A DNA stretch of 64,000 bases from Eledone cirrhosa (GCA_964016885.1 OZ024743.1:21886001-21950000); one strand, 5' to 3'; shown: positions 33,849 through 47,304, counted from the stretch's first letter. The notes: generated by a model not told the origin, from the sequence alone. A program made the numbers and translations.

Positions 33849-34164
33849 TGTATGGACACAGAGGGAAACACAAATTTGTCCATCGATTCCACACTCTTGT
33901 AGAACTTCCCAAAACATGGAACGCAGTAATATGCCCTTTGGAAGTCTATAAAACAAAAAACACGTCTTGAGAGTACTCCCACGATTTCTCAAAGACCTTC
34001 CACATTGTGAAAATTTGTTCGCCTGTGATGCGTCCGTGACGAAAACGCTACTGTTCGTAAGTTAGCTTGGACTAGACAGTATCCTAGACACTTAGCATAG
34101 ACATTACCGGGGAGGCTTAACAAGGAGATACATCTATAACTGGAGCAATCTCTGACTTCTTATT

Positions 34165-34880
34165 ATTTGTGTTCGCATAAATAGTGGTAAATCGAAACAA
34201 TTCAATATGGACGTTGGACTCCGCCAGGGGTTCGTACTGTCACCTCTCCTCTTCGCGGACAGGATTAATATGCACAGCCAGGCTGGAAGTGGTACGAAGA
34301 CTGGCGGACGTAGGATCAGTCGGCTGGAATTTGTGGACGATATGGTATTATTTAACTCGCCAGAAGGTTATCTCCGACATGCACTTGATAGGTTTATTGC
34401 ACGACAGGAATGAAAATCAGTGCAGCGAAGACGGAGACTGTTGTCCTCTCAAGGAAGCCTACGAAGTGTACTTTACGTGTGAACGAAGTTCCACTGAAGT
34501 AGGTAGAGGTTTCAAGTGTCTCAGGACTGTGTTCACGAGTAATAGAAGGCAGGAGGCTGAATTAAATGCAAGAATTGCAGGAGCTGGTGCTCTAATACGC
34601 CAACCCTTACTTATGGTCAGGAATCCTGGGTAATGACCGAAAGAATAACGTTGCTCGGAGATCAGAGTATCACTCCAGGTAGAGCGGCTTATTATACGAA
34701 TTGGGAGATCATAGAACCAATACTACGGACATGTGGTTAGAATGTTTCAGGAAAGAATTTATTGGACAGATTTTACAGGCAAAATCGACTAGCAGGTTTC
34801 CCATGGATAGACACCAAGCAAGATGGTTGGATAACATCCATGAGATCGGCTGGTCTCGCTTGGGGGATCCAGCAGGATCA
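34165..34880 (+). pseudogene. RTE-type LINE reverse transcriptase relic
   Basis: DVGLRQGFVLSPLLF and LEFVDDMVL (RT core), VEVVEVFKCL-like motif and C-terminal RWLDNI. Contains stops and deletions. Confidence 0.85.
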
Positions 34881-34885
34881 AATGG

Positions 34886-34933
<48 letters not shown>

Positions 34934-35127
34934 CATAAGAAGAAATTTCCAGGACTAGCATAAGTTTCCCTGCTAGTACCGGTTGCATCTAAGTGTACTC
35001 AATATATAAGGTTTTATAAAAATCGTAGACAAAAAGTTAATTGCTTCAATACAACACACGTAAATGGGTACCATGAATCTATACCCGTACCCGAGTTTCG
35101 GCCACACTTAATGCAGCAATATATATG

Positions 35128-35257
35128 AATAAACGAAGTTTATCTTAACTTGTTGACTTAAATCTTTTGTTTTTAAATTACTCCGGGGTAAACACCTGCG
35201 CACTTCATTGGGTGCTCTACCCTGCATACCGAAGTGTCGGTAACCAACCAACATATA

Positions 35258-35265
<8 letters not shown>
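35128..35265 (+). mobile_element. Solo tail fragment related to the 28472-28998 element
   Basis: acctgcgcacttc..gtgctc..ctgcatacc..gtgt.ggt..caaccaacatatact is shared with 28925-28990. A related degenerate hammerhead-bearing piece lies at about 35893-36000. Confidence 0.65.
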
Positions 35266-35330
<65 letters not shown>

Positions 35331-35334
<4 letters not shown>

Positions 35335-35485
35335 AGGAAAAGCGAAGTAGTTTCAGATGTTCAAAAGGACTTGAACATCTGAAACTACTTCGCTTTTCCT
35401 TATTCGATATTAACTCCGTCACACCTATGTGGAATAAGTACGTTGAGTGCTTGATTGGAATTGCATCAATGTTTACCCTAAGAAG
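35331..35485 (+). mobile_element. Fold-back (perfect 34-bp arms) plus tail element in (TA)n
   Basis: Arms 35331-35364/35371-35404. The central hairpin is followed by GAAAC, the tail carries TGAGTGCT (35444-35451), and (TA)n lies on both sides. Confidence 0.75.
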
Positions 35486-35845
35486 TATATATATATATAT
35501 ATATACCATTTCCATAAAATATGTAATGGGGAATGTAAAGATTAAACAACCTGTTAATTTTGTTGCTTAACCCAATCTTTTGTCAAATCTAGTATCAATA
35601 CACTGCTTGTTTTTTCAGTCAGTGTATGTTATCTAACGCCTTTTTTCTAAAAAAATATAGCTGAGACATTTGGAGAGAGCAATTCATGGAATCAGCCATC
35701 AAACCAACAACATTACTAGTACGTCTGCCAAAGTGTACAACGAACAGCGGTGCTAAACTCAAACAATCTCTCGCGCTACATCTAAAATATACATCTCTCT
35801 CTCTCTCTTTCACTCTACACGCACACACACACACACACACACACA

Positions 35846-35895
<50 letters not shown>

Positions 35896-36017
35896 TATGA
35901 GGTCATAGTTGTTGCATAATGGTTATCAGCGAAATATATATATAACAACGAATATGAATAAACTAAGTTAATTTTAATCTGACTTACACTTCTTGTTTTT
36001 ATATATATATGTATATA

Positions 36018-36762
36018 CAGTGGCGGACTGGGTCTAAAAATATTGGTTGCCAGGAGTTGAAGGGGGCCCACCTACATTTAGAATGCTATCATTTAATTTT
36101 TATAATGAATAAATAACATTTTCAAAAACTACATAAGTGGAAACAAAACAGTGCAATAACATTTTTGCGGAGAAATATCTAACCTTCTCCAATAAAACAT
36201 ATGTATTTTGCGAAATCTAGAGACTTTCAATAATGACCAGAAGTCGACCCTAAATATTACTAATAGCTCTAGGAAAGTCATGAATGTCACCACATCTTTT
36301 TAACTTTGATTTTGAAAGTAGGTTTATACTTATCAATTTTCATTGTACTTTTGTAGCTGTCTTGGTGGCCTAGTTGGAGGAATCGTAGACGGTGGTGATG
36401 CTGGTCTGAAGTTCGTTCCTGGTCGGGAGTAGGGTTCCCAGTAAACCTTTTCAGTTTTTTTCTATTGGTTGTAAAATAAAAACTGAAAAATGGTTATATG
36501 TACCTCTTGACCAGGATTGAACCCAAGGCCAGGATCTCCACCGTCCCTAGCAACTACCGATAGGCCACAGATACAACTACGAAAATCGCATGAAAATTCA
36601 TACTTATAAACCTACTTTCAAAATTTTCAAAACAAAATGTTGTGGTGTTGTTCATGTATTTCTTAATTTCTTAATGTTATTGCTCCTATTGGTCGATTTT
36701 CAATAATGACCTTTGGTCTTACACACTCAATATATATATATATGTGTGTGTGTCTATCTCTC

Positions 36763-36815
<53 letters not shown>

Positions 36816-37204
36816 ATATATATATATATGTGTGTGTGTATGTGTGTGTGCTTGTATGGCTGTGTCTATATATGTATGTTTGCATGCATGAATGAATACA
36901 CTAAGCTTTAGATTTAGTAGAATGTACAACCACTGATTACAGCTATTTGCACTATCGTATATTTTGGTTTCTAGTAATTCCTTGGGGAATTGGTTAAGCA
37001 AATGCTTTGCTTAATTGTTTTATTTATTTTCAAAAAAAAAAATTCTTTCTCTTAGATTTCAGGTATTTTTTAAAGCAAAACATTGGCCCCTAAAATACTA
37101 CAGTAGACCCTGCAATGGTACTGTGGGTTCTTGCAATGCTACCATAGGCCCCCCGGGGCCCACTTGCCATTGGGCAAGCTGGCAACCTGGCCAGTCTGCC
37201 ACTT
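36018..37204. mobile_element. hAT-like non-autonomous element with nested fold-back insert
   Basis: Terminal inverted repeats cagtggcggactgg / ccagtctgccact with GGGCCC-rich subterminal motifs. Confidence 0.55.
36278..36656. repeat. Degenerate palindrome built from two convergent tRNA-like heads
   Basis: + strand: A box TGGCCTAGTTGG (36366-36377) and B box GTTCGTTCC (36411-36419). - strand: A box (36567-36555) and B box GGTTCAATCC (36523-36514). Flanks tgaaagtaggtttata / tataaacctactttca. Confidence 0.65.
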
Positions 37205-37371
37205 TATATGTGCGTGGTTTTGTATACCTATGGTAAGGTTTTGCGTATGCTTGTGTATGTACGTATCTGTTTGCGTGTATGTATTTATTTGTTCCTATTA
37301 CTTCTGTATTGTATTTATTTACTTTGTTCTTAACTCTGTAGCGGAGATTCATTCGGTCTCCTAGTTAGAAT

Positions 37372-37627
37372 TTTAGTCTACGACTTCTGCTTTACCATTT
37401 ACGTGGTTTTGTCTTTGCACGCTATTGTTCTCCACGCTCCACATATGACTTATTATCTTCGTTTTTTCGTTCATTGCCAGAGAACGTCTCTATACCACTT
37501 AGAGAACATTAGTCTACGACCTCTTTTATACCATAAACGTGGTTCTGTCCTTGCACGTATTGTTTTTCACCGCTCCTATTAATGACGTATTATTCGTTTT
37601 TTCCCGTTCTTTGCCAGCGAACGTCAC
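37372..37627 (+). repeat. Diverged tandem duplication, about 137-bp unit x2
   Basis: ttagtctacgac...ttgccag.gaacgtc at about 37373 and 37509. Confidence 0.7.
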
Positions 37628-37785
37628 CATGAACCAAAGTATCGTCTTCCTGTCTTCCTCCGGTTGCAACGTTTTTTGAAATATCCAGTTCTGCGTTTAC
37701 AGATTGACTTTGTTAGTTTCAGAAGATCCCGTTAAGGGTGAAAGCAGCGATTCTTTGCTTAAACTTTAATCTGTTATTTTAATAA

Positions 37786-37853
<68 letters not shown>

Positions 37854-38651
37854 AAGATACATATATATATATGTGTGTGTGTGTGCGTGTGTGTGTGTCT
37901 GTGAAAAAGATACATAGAGAGGAAGAATTGACACCAGTATTGAACTGAAACTTTTTTTTTATCAACCTCGAAACGATAAAAGGCAAAAGGATCTGAACGG
38001 GATTTGAACTGAGAGCGCAGAGACCCGGAACAAATGCTGTAAAACCGCCGCCAATTCGCTGCCTTTATCGTTTTATATCCAGTTTCAATTATTCCTAATA
38101 ACTGGTGGGAAATAGAGAAACAAGACTTGCTGGGAAATTCCCAGAATGTAGCAGTTATTGTAGTGTTATATGGGGCACTTTTTATAAACTTCAATGGAGA
38201 GTTTGGCAATTGGTGTTGATAGAAAGTCTAAGTTGAAAAATAGGAATTTCATCAATTTCTTTCTTGTTTTTTTTTATTTCCTTTCATATTCATTTTCCAT
38301 ATCTAGTCCCATCTTTTTGAAGAATGACAATAAATCTCCGCGAAATGGAATCCATTATTTGATTTTTCGATAGTAATTGAAATAAGATAAGAAAGAAGAT
38401 GAAATAGTTCCAGGAAAGAAAATATTTACTTTCCTAAATCGATTTCTTCCTTTGGCACAAGGCCAATTTTTGGTAAGGCTGGGGTGGAGGAAGGGGGGTG
38501 TTAAGAGAGATAGTCAACCGCATCGACACGATATCAGTATATTACCGGTAGTTATTTTTATCGATCCCGGGGGAAGGAAATGCAAAGTTGACTCCAACGA
38601 AATTTAAGATTGGAACGAAGAGAGAGAGAGAAAGAAAGAGAGAGGAGAGAG

Positions 38652-38721
<70 letters not shown>

Positions 38722-40878
38722 GGGGGGGGTAAGAGGGGGAGAGAAAGAAAAGGAGATGGAAAAAGAGAGAATAAGAGAGAGGAAACTAAATACTATAATG
38801 CAATTTATCCGATATTCTACTGCTTCAAATGTCTTCTTAGCGTGTGTATTTTTCAGAAGTGAAAATATAAATGATACAGAGATCACGAAAGATAGAGATC
38901 AGCAGAGATTACAGTCAGAAAGCAAGAGTACTATCGTAAAAATATTTCCACACTATATTTGGATAGTGATCATACACATTGTAAATGTAATTACTGTTGT
39001 TAAGTTCTGGGAGGCTTTTAAAGAACCGGCACCTAACTCGCGTTTCACTGTGAGAAGCAGATAAGAAGTAAGACTCCAACTAGATGTAATGCCGGTCTAT
39101 CAAAGGTAACATTTCTTGGTGATCGGACATCAATGCACCCACAGTCAACTGGACAAAACGTTCTGCCTGGAAACGCACCAACATGCTTTCACTGAGGCCT
39201 CCATACTTGTTCATGTGTATGACTCATTGTTGAATCAACACATCTATAACTACATGATTATTTTGGCATACAATTTGAAATTTGAAATTCTCACTTTGGG
39301 GTTTTTCAAAAAAGGAAATAATGATGCGCCACGCATTGGATCGTAGAAGTAGTTCTAAATATTGTTGCCCCTAATCAGCAGTTGGCTTTGCACTTGAATA
39401 TATTCACGTTGCTTTTCCCAGTCAGCTCCCAAATGAGTTGCATTTTGCTGACCCTGAATATCCCTAGTTTCCTCAGATTTTTCTGTTTTATCACCAATTT
39501 ATAAGTCTATATTGTATATTGCTCTGAATGCCTGCAACAGGAAGGGACAAAGTACAGTTCACGTGAAAGATTATACCATGTTCTGCTTGTTGTGGATTAG
39601 CTTCAAGTAAACACAAATTCGGCCATATAACAGAAATATACTCTCCCTGAAAACGACCCTGTCAATCGCTTTCAGGGAGAGTATATTTATGTGCTCTTAT
39701 GTTTTTTAGACGGTGGGTAAAATTTGAGGGAGATTTGGCTACTCTTTTTGGTTGAGGTCACTTCTACTCCTCGCTATAATTCTGATCATGTGTCTGCTCG
39801 ATCATAGAAATAACCAGGAGTTGTCTGATTTTAAAGCAAAGGACTGCACCACACTGTTTCTACTCAACTGCTCTTAAAAAGAACAACGAAAGACAATGAG
39901 AGAGCCTCAACCGGTTATAAATAGCAGACAAATCACAACAAATCACACCCTACCGTCTTAAATAAATAAAGGTCTTGTTTAATAAAGGTCACGAGCATTG
40001 ATCTGCTCAATCAGTTTATCTGATGTCAACAACTATAACGAACGCCTTGAAGGAACTCCAACCACAAACGTCACGCCGTAAACATCAAACCGAGTTTACT
40101 AATAATAAACGTGGGTAGCTTTAAAACCGGACCTTCTATTAGACTCATTTAGAAAGAGTTTTGACGCTGTTTACACAGTGGCGTAGTTAGTGTGTGCTTC
40201 TCGGAGTAGCCCATGAGTTAGACACTCCCACCCCCATCGATATCCCAAATATTTCAAATATATACTGCAGACCCAAAGGTGCTGCCCCCATAAAAGTATC
40301 ACCTACGATGAACCGTCTGTTTACCCACTCCTAGCTGCACTACTGCACTTAACATCACACCAAGTTCGCTGATAAATACACTTAGATAGCTGGAAAAGGA
40401 GACTGCCTATTACACACACTTGGAAAGGGCTTAAGACTAACAAGACAGCCATGATCGATAATTCACTGCATAAAAAGAATATACAGTTCGTTAATAAATT
40501 ATATGAGACGTTAATTAATTCTTAAGGGACTAACGTCCTACTAGTCTTGTTGCATAGCGTACATAGTGAGATCGTTTGTCGGCTTTAGATTAATTAATCC
40601 ACTACTGACTAGTCAAGTTTGGTGAAGTTTATTTGTAATTTATAAGTATCAGTTCTATTTGAACTGACACGCTAACCGATTATTATCTGGTTTGATATTT
40701 TTATTTGTGTGTATGTATGTATGCGTTGGTGTATATGTATGTATATGTGCCTGTGGATGTGTGAGCATATGTATGGCATTATTTTTTGTATTGATTTCTC
40801 AGAATATAGAGAGAGCAGATTTATAACACAAAAACAAAACTCTATCGTTAGAAATTAGACATCAACAAGGTAATTATG

Positions 40879-40910
<32 letters not shown>

Positions 40911-40989
40911 TGTATGTATGTATGTACGTACGTACGTATGTATGTATGTATGTATGTCTGTATGTTTTTGTATGTATGCATGTCTGTAT

Positions 40990-41210
40990 GTTTTTGTATG
41001 TATGTGTAGGTATGGATGTTATTGCATGTGTGGATCTGTATGTTTTGAGTTCTATGTGCACGTATACACATGTTTTTGTATGTATACGTGTGCATATGCA
41101 GCTATTGCATGCTAAATTTCTGGAATGTTTTACATATTTTTACAGTTCCATCAATTGACTGTACGTGCAGCTTCCTAATTTGCCATAGACTTTCTGGTTG
41201 TGTGAAGCAC
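40990..41210. repeat. Dispersed repeat, inverted copy at about 53930-54150
   Basis: atatgcag.tatt..atgc.aaatt.tggaatgttttacatattttac.gttccat is shared. Confidence 0.7.
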
Positions 41211-41339
41211 AGGTTCTCAAGATTTGTAATGAGCTAGTGACATATCCAAGTGCCACAAAGTCCAAATATAAAGATATAGTCACGATGGTTCCTCATTAGT
41301 TCGGAATAAAAAGTCCCCTTTTAACTAACCTTTAACATT

Positions 41340-42170
41340 ATATTAATATATGCTGGGCAGCTGATTTCCACCACAGCGCATGCCTTCTTTCCTTGTCCCA
41401 TATCACCATGTCTGATCTGCTACGTTTAAATTCTATTTGGGTTTTTAAGGAAAATCTTTTATTCAGTGTTGTATAAAAATATAATATGACGCTTACAGAA
41501 CGAAAACAAAACATATAATATATACAAATATAAACACACAAAAGAGATAAAAAAACGTAAAAACAAAAGAAGCAAAAAGGGGGGCAATTCACCTCAAAGT
41601 GTGACAATCGGCCTCACATCTCATCATAAAGGTTTTAGAACATTCCACCAGTACTCTTTCATATATATGCGTCTGGCCTCCACATCGCTTTTGTATTTTT
41701 ATCCTCAGGACCATCTTTTCTACAGATTGTATTGTATAAGGATTGTATTATACATGTATAATGTATAATTATGTCTCATAGATAGATAGTATTGTGATGT
41801 CATCTTTGTACAGCTGCTTATGATGTTGGTGACGTCCGCATTGATTATCCCGCAGAGTCTGCATCTGTTCTCACATGTAGATGTTTTGCCTGCATCTCTA
41901 TCTCCTTTGTGCATCAGACATTGCGTTGTTGTAAAAGCTTATCCTTCTACGTGAGAGCTAATATGCCGGCTGATGGTCTAAGATAGACTGCTTTGGCTAT
42001 CATTTTGAAGCTTTCTGACTTTTTGTTGATAAGTATACAGTTTTTCAGCCGCTAAATTATGGCAGAGTGCTGTGCAATTAGCCTGTGTGTGAGTTTCTGG
42101 TCATAATTCAGAGAGTATTTCTCAAGAAGCTTCTTCCCAATTCTCGTAATGTTTTCTGCTTCATGTAGAA
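41340..42170 (-). pseudogene. R4/Dong-like (restriction-like endonuclease) non-LTR retrotransposon relic
   Basis: CRLCGIINADVTNIISSC..YYLSMRHN (zinc knuckle + RHN), EYWWN and RSDMVIWDKE (degenerate RPD motif). Confidence 0.7.
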
Positions 42171-42447
42171 AGACATTCTACAGATAGGCTTCTACGCATT
42201 GTGGTGGATGTATGTATGAATGCATGTGTGTATGCATGAGTGTATGTATGTATGAGTGTATGTATGTATGCATGTATGATTGGGAATATGTAAATATATG
42301 TGTATGTAAAGAGAGAGAGAGAGAGAGAGAGGAGGGTCGGGGCTGGACAACAGATATGATAGATAGACAATAGGAAAATAGATGGGCTGATAAAAATATA
42401 GAAAATGCCACGTTTAGAATTAACAACTTATTTAACATTATTTCATT

Positions 42448-42610
42448 TACGGTCTGAGTTCAAATCCCGTCGAGGTTAACTTTGCCTAAAATAAAATACC
42501 AGTAATGCACTGAGTTCAAATCCCACCGAGGTTAACTTAAGCGGTCGATAAAATAAAGTACCAGTATTAGCCTGGTTTAATTGCTGGCCTTGTGCCAAAA
42601 GTAGAAATAT
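42448..42610 (+). mobile_element. Family B SINE fragments (tandem)
   Basis: Two GAGTTCAAATCCC B boxes plus the core. Confidence 0.75.
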
Positions 42611-42688
42611 TATATTGAATGTAGTAAATAAATCCAGTTTAGTGTTAGATTAAATGAAATAATTGTTTCTACTTTTGGTACAAGGCCA

Positions 42689-42858
42689 GCATTTTTCCTG
42701 CTTCATCAAGGAAAATCTTAAAGATTATCCAGCCATCAGAGTATTCGGTTTATTTTCTTTATATATTGTCCAGGCATGCAGTTTTTCCACGATTAGGTCT
42801 GTTGGTGGCCCGCGTTCCAAAATACCTTATCCCGTGCAACGCCGGGTATCACTACTAG
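42689..42858 (+). mobile_element. 3' fragment of Helitron family H2
   Basis: Near-identical to 56243-56412. CCCGtGCaacGCCGGG hairpin, then CTAG|T. Confidence 0.75.
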
Positions 42859-43734
42859 TTATATATATAATTGATACAAGATTCTTTTTAAAAAATCAAA
42901 TATCTACAAAAAAATGGTACATCATCCCTTTCAGGGTCCCATGAAAATGAAACCAAAGAGATTTCGAAGTGAAAAAGAGTAAGTGTTAACCTTTGGAAAT
43001 AAAGTGTAAGTTATCAGGAAAACGTTAGAAATATTTACCTTTGCCAATGAAATGAATTGTTTTTCAGTTGTTGTTTTTTCAACAGTATAACACCATTATT
43101 GAAATTGTATCTATTACATATTTTGTTATATTCGTAATTAAGGCAAGCAACGTATTTCTATTAATTAGCCAAGTGTATCGAATATTGATAGAAGAGGCTT
43201 ACCATTATTTGTACCAGATACACGAGACACAACTACATTTCTGCAAAATTATAGCCGAGTTGTTATGCCTTTGTCAATAATGGACTTATTCAATTATTTA
43301 AGAATATCAAAGCAATGTAGCCTTTGTCATGAATAATGGATGACTCCTATGTATTATATATATGAAAAGAGAGTAGCGTAACTGAAGTGGAGGGGATGCA
43401 GGTGATACATCCCTGGTAGCACTTTTGGGTATGGTGTATATATATATTAGTAAGTGGGTGAGGAAGCCGAGGGTGGTAAACTGAAGGGCTGCCACGAACA
43501 GTAGACATTCTTACTACGCTAGGTGAAACAAACTAAGAAAACTTTAGCTTTTCATCTTTAAAAAAATTGTCATTATTTCCTAAGATAAAAACTCAACTCT
43601 GACAGGGAAATCTCCGAATTCAACTTGGAAACCACTGAATACGATGTTTAGATACTTTATGTTTCAAGAAACCTTGAGAACGAAGAAGCTTCTCAAAATA
43701 CAATATTTGGAAAATGGATAGATTTTTACGTTAA

Positions 43735-43953
43735 AACCAACCGACAGGAGACCCACGAGTAGACCCCGAGCAAGATGGTTAGATAACATCCTTGAGCTTG
43801 ACTGGTCTCGCTTGGGGACCCAACTGGATCAGTTGGAGATGGTTGCCTCTGACAGGACCCGCTGGAAGGAGTGTTTGATGACTCTGCCTCCACGACCCTC
43901 TCAGGAATAAGTGGGCGAAGAAGAAGAAGAAGAAGAAGAAGAAGAAGAAGAAG
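43735..43953 (+). mobile_element. RTE LINE 3' end with (GAA)n tail
   Basis: RPRARWLDNILELDWSRLG..DRTRWKECL is homologous to 34790-34870, followed by (AAG)n. Confidence 0.75.
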
Positions 43954-44596
43954 ATACTCTTATAAAGAGACACAATTTATTATTGAACGGAAAATGAATG
44001 TTTACATTTGAAGCTTCGATTTAAGTGTACCTGGCAAATGGATTTTGAACTTTCCCAGGGTAAAGTCAATAATCTAAACGTCTAATGAATGGCTTCCTCC
44101 GTGTATTTATTATACAAGAAAAACGATTCAATAATCATTAAATGTCAATTTCGTCATATAATACTGCACTAATTAGCAAATAAATAGCACCATTAATTTT
44201 CTTGTAAAAATCTGGTTATATATATAGCAGTAATTTGAACTTTTGGACTCATGTTGGCGAAGTAGGTCAAAGTGACCACACATGATGACCTCTTGGCAAC
44301 TGAGGTGCTCATTTTTTTTTTCCTGTCCTGGTGTTACCCAGTACGGAGAAGAGGGCCAATTGGAGGTTATCCGAGATAACTAGATTCTTCATGTCATTCA
44401 GCACTCGTCTCCCAAAGGAGACACTACACATTTAGGTTGTTCCAGCAAGCAGGGAGATGTAGTCGTTAACCAGACACTCATGCCATATCGACATGGGCCA
44501 GCTAGCTATATTCCCATTGGCTCCTCAACAATGGTTAGTCCACACACAACAGTGTCTATTATCTTTCAAACTCTCTGCACACAGGCATACACACGC

Positions 44597-44738
<142 letters not shown>

Positions 44739-44757
44739 ACAGAGGAGACTGGGGTTA

Positions 44758-44980
44758 GCTGGACATTCTCACCGACATCCAGACTTGACACTGAACTCAG
44801 TGCTCCCGTTGGAGCCCCTGCATGGACACACTAGAAGATCAAGATCGAGATTGACATATGTTGATACCCTAAGGACAGACACAGGTCTCTTGGAGACGCA
44901 GGACATGGCACCGATGATAAAGGACAGAGACCGCTGGAGAGAACTCGTCCATGGATCTCGGGAATTGTATCCGCCGTAGA
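44758..44980 (+). pseudogene. RTE-like LINE C-terminal fragment
   Basis: HGHTRRSRSRLTYVDTLRTDTG..MIKDRDRWRELV. Confidence 0.65.
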
Positions 44981-45034
<54 letters not shown>

Positions 45035-45187
45035 TAAGATGTATGGTAGGTCGTATGTGAATCGCGATGATCACGTCTGACCTACGAAATATGTGACGGT
45101 AGCTAGTTAAGCTCTATGCGTATACGCAGAGCAGAAATATTTGTGAAAAAGAACAAAGGAACAATTATGACATTATAACAAGTTTAT

Positions 45188-45234
45188 TGCCGACAGCCGT
45201 TTCGTCCGACCACATGGTGGGACTTTTCAAGGCA
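45188..45234 (-). ncRNA. Type I hammerhead ribozyme, U3-A8 variant (left arm)
   Basis: Exact reverse complement of 45356-45402. Confidence 0.8.
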
Positions 45235-45355
45235 TACAACATGTGATTGTAAGATCATTATCTACATCAACGTATCACTCAAGGCTAGCAATTTCAAACT
45301 GCTAGCCTTGAGTGATACGTTGATGTAGATAATGATCTTACAATCACATGTTGTA

Positions 45356-45402
45356 TGCCTTGAAAAGTCCCACCATGTGGTCGGACGAAACGGCTGTCGG
45401 CA
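45356..45402 (+). ncRNA. Type I hammerhead ribozyme, U3-A8 variant (right arm)
   Basis: TGCC-TTGAAAA-GTCCcACCatgtGGTcGGAC-GAAA-CGGCTG-TC-GGCA: compensated C3U/G8A core and GUC triplet. Confidence 0.8.
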
Positions 45403-45769
45403 ATAAACTTGTTATAATGTCATAATTGTTCCTTTGTTCTTTTTCACAAATATATATATATATATATATAGTAATAATAATAAAATTGAAGACTAAAATC
45501 CAAAGAGGGCTCGATAAGGAAAATATATATCAAATATATAAGAACCGTAGAGCAAAATATTTGTATGTATGTATCTATGTATGCGTGTTGCGTGTGTTTA
45601 TCTTTCCGAAGTATCACATTATGGGATACAACATTAAACATTAGCAATTTTACAAATAGAGCTCGATAAAATACATTACTGACAACTGACAGGCTTTAAA
45701 AGCGAAAAAAAAAAATATAATCTTGCAGTTGATATGTCTGACGAAACCCTTGAAACTGGAACCACAGTA

Positions 45770-45945
45770 TAACTGCAGGCCAATGCTTCGTGCTACACTA
45801 TGGTCGCTGTCCAATGACGTGATACAGCATGGCCACAGTCCAATGATATCACAGCATGGCCCCAGTCCAATGTCTGGTGCTACAGCATGGCCATAGTCCA
45901 ATGACTGGTGCCACACGATGGCCACAGTCCAATGACTGAAACCAG
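45770..45945. repeat. About 27-31-bp tandem repeat (acagcatggccacagtccaatga), about 6 copies, in a SINE tail
   Basis: Directly visible. Confidence 0.75.
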
Positions 45946-46497
45946 TAAAAATATAAAAGAATGTGTTTGTGTATATGTGAGATAACACACACTCACATTG
46001 ATGTGTTCTGAGCGTATGAATAAATTTTCTATACATAGTAGATAACAAACTATTCATTACAGATAACCGCAGACAACTGTCTCTAGTTTTCTTTTTTTTT
46101 TACGCGGAATATGGCGGAACGTAGAGTAATAGTGTACTTATTTATTCATTAATTCATTTAATAGTTCTTCTAGCTTTACAACAAATGATATTAATCTTTC
46201 ATTGAAAGATAGTGACAACGAAAAGGAACTTCATTATTTGCATGAACTGTCTTTAATCAAAACCGCTATAGAATATATGTCAAGCGTGATTTCTGTTCCC
46301 GATCAAAACGATCTAACTAGCGAAGGTTTCTTCTAAACAGTGTACAAATTAACAACAAATGTATTTCTTACTCTATGCTTGGGGGTCTTCTGAGGACGCC
46401 CTGGACATATTATAAAGAATAAGCTGTTTGTATAGCAGTAGTATTCGGCCTTGCCTGGGTGTGTTTAAAAACCAAAATATATAAGCATATGAATTCA

Positions 46498-46640
46498 TTG
46501 GCAGAATCGGTAGAGCGTCGGACACCATGCTTCGCAGCATAGAGTTACGTCCCTTTATGTTCTGAGTTCAAATCTCGCCGGGGTTAACTTTGCCTTTCAT
46601 CCTTACGGAATAATTGCTGGCCTTGTGCCAAAAAGTATAA
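46498..46640 (+). mobile_element. Family B SINE
   Basis: A box TGGCAGAATCGG and B box GAGTTCAAATC. Confidence 0.8.
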
Positions 46641-46870
46641 AATTATATATTAGATAAGTTGCTTACAATGAGTTAGACAATGAATGTTGATTCATTCAGA
46701 ATGGTTGCATGCAAGCAGTTCAAAAGATGGTTCGAGTTGCACTTTATAGAAATGCACAAAATAAACACATAGACTATGGTCTTTTCTTGAAAGGATGTGC
46801 TCCCTATGCAAAGTATCAGTGGCTTGGGTGTAAAACTATTGTCTACAACTTGGAACATACATACATACAT

Positions 46871-47304
46871 GATGGCTGCCACCTCGTTTTCGAGTACGGC
46901 CACTACTTTATATCCATGTAGGAGAACCCCTACGGATGCGCTGAATGTGTTTGACTTTTTAGTCCAGCCAGCGACTTGAAAACTCTGGTACAAACACTAC
47001 ACTTGTGACAATTATTGACATATAGTGCTGGGCCCATGGTACCATGTGACGACAAGTGCAGAGAGATCTCCAGATATAAAGCAATGCCTGTGCCGTGAAG
47101 CTTTTATAGTGAGCAAAGGCACTGCACAAAGCCAGTCCCACTCTCTTAACCAAGATGATATTTACCAAAAAGAAGAACAAGTCAACATCATTGGATACCA
47201 TCAGGGTTGCAGGTGTTATATAAGAGTTTTCCTTCTCCTAGAATTCTGCCTTGACAAAGGCTAAGGGGTCATCTCTCCCGGTGATTTTGGATGGCCATTG
47301 ACTC

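Larger units (their letters stand above)
45032..45453 (-). mobile_element. Fold-back element: 154-bp perfect inverted arms plus about 105-bp tail, in (TA)n
   Basis: Arms 45137-45290/45300-45453 with a 9-nt spacer and a hammerhead in each arm. (TA)n at 44986-45031 and from 45451. Confidence 0.85.

Noticed and set aside
37718-37755. CAGAAGA-tCCCgttaaGGGt-GAAA hammerhead-like
   Set aside because: Core U4 is mutated, with no UH triplet or stem I.
45738-45770. CTGACGA-aaccctt-GAAA
   Set aside because: Stem II is only 2 bp with no stem I, and it lies within a SINE.
45770-45945. Regular about 28-bp repeats resembling a CRISPR array
   Set aside because: No unique spacers, eukaryotic context and no cas genes; a simple tandem repeat in a SINE tail.
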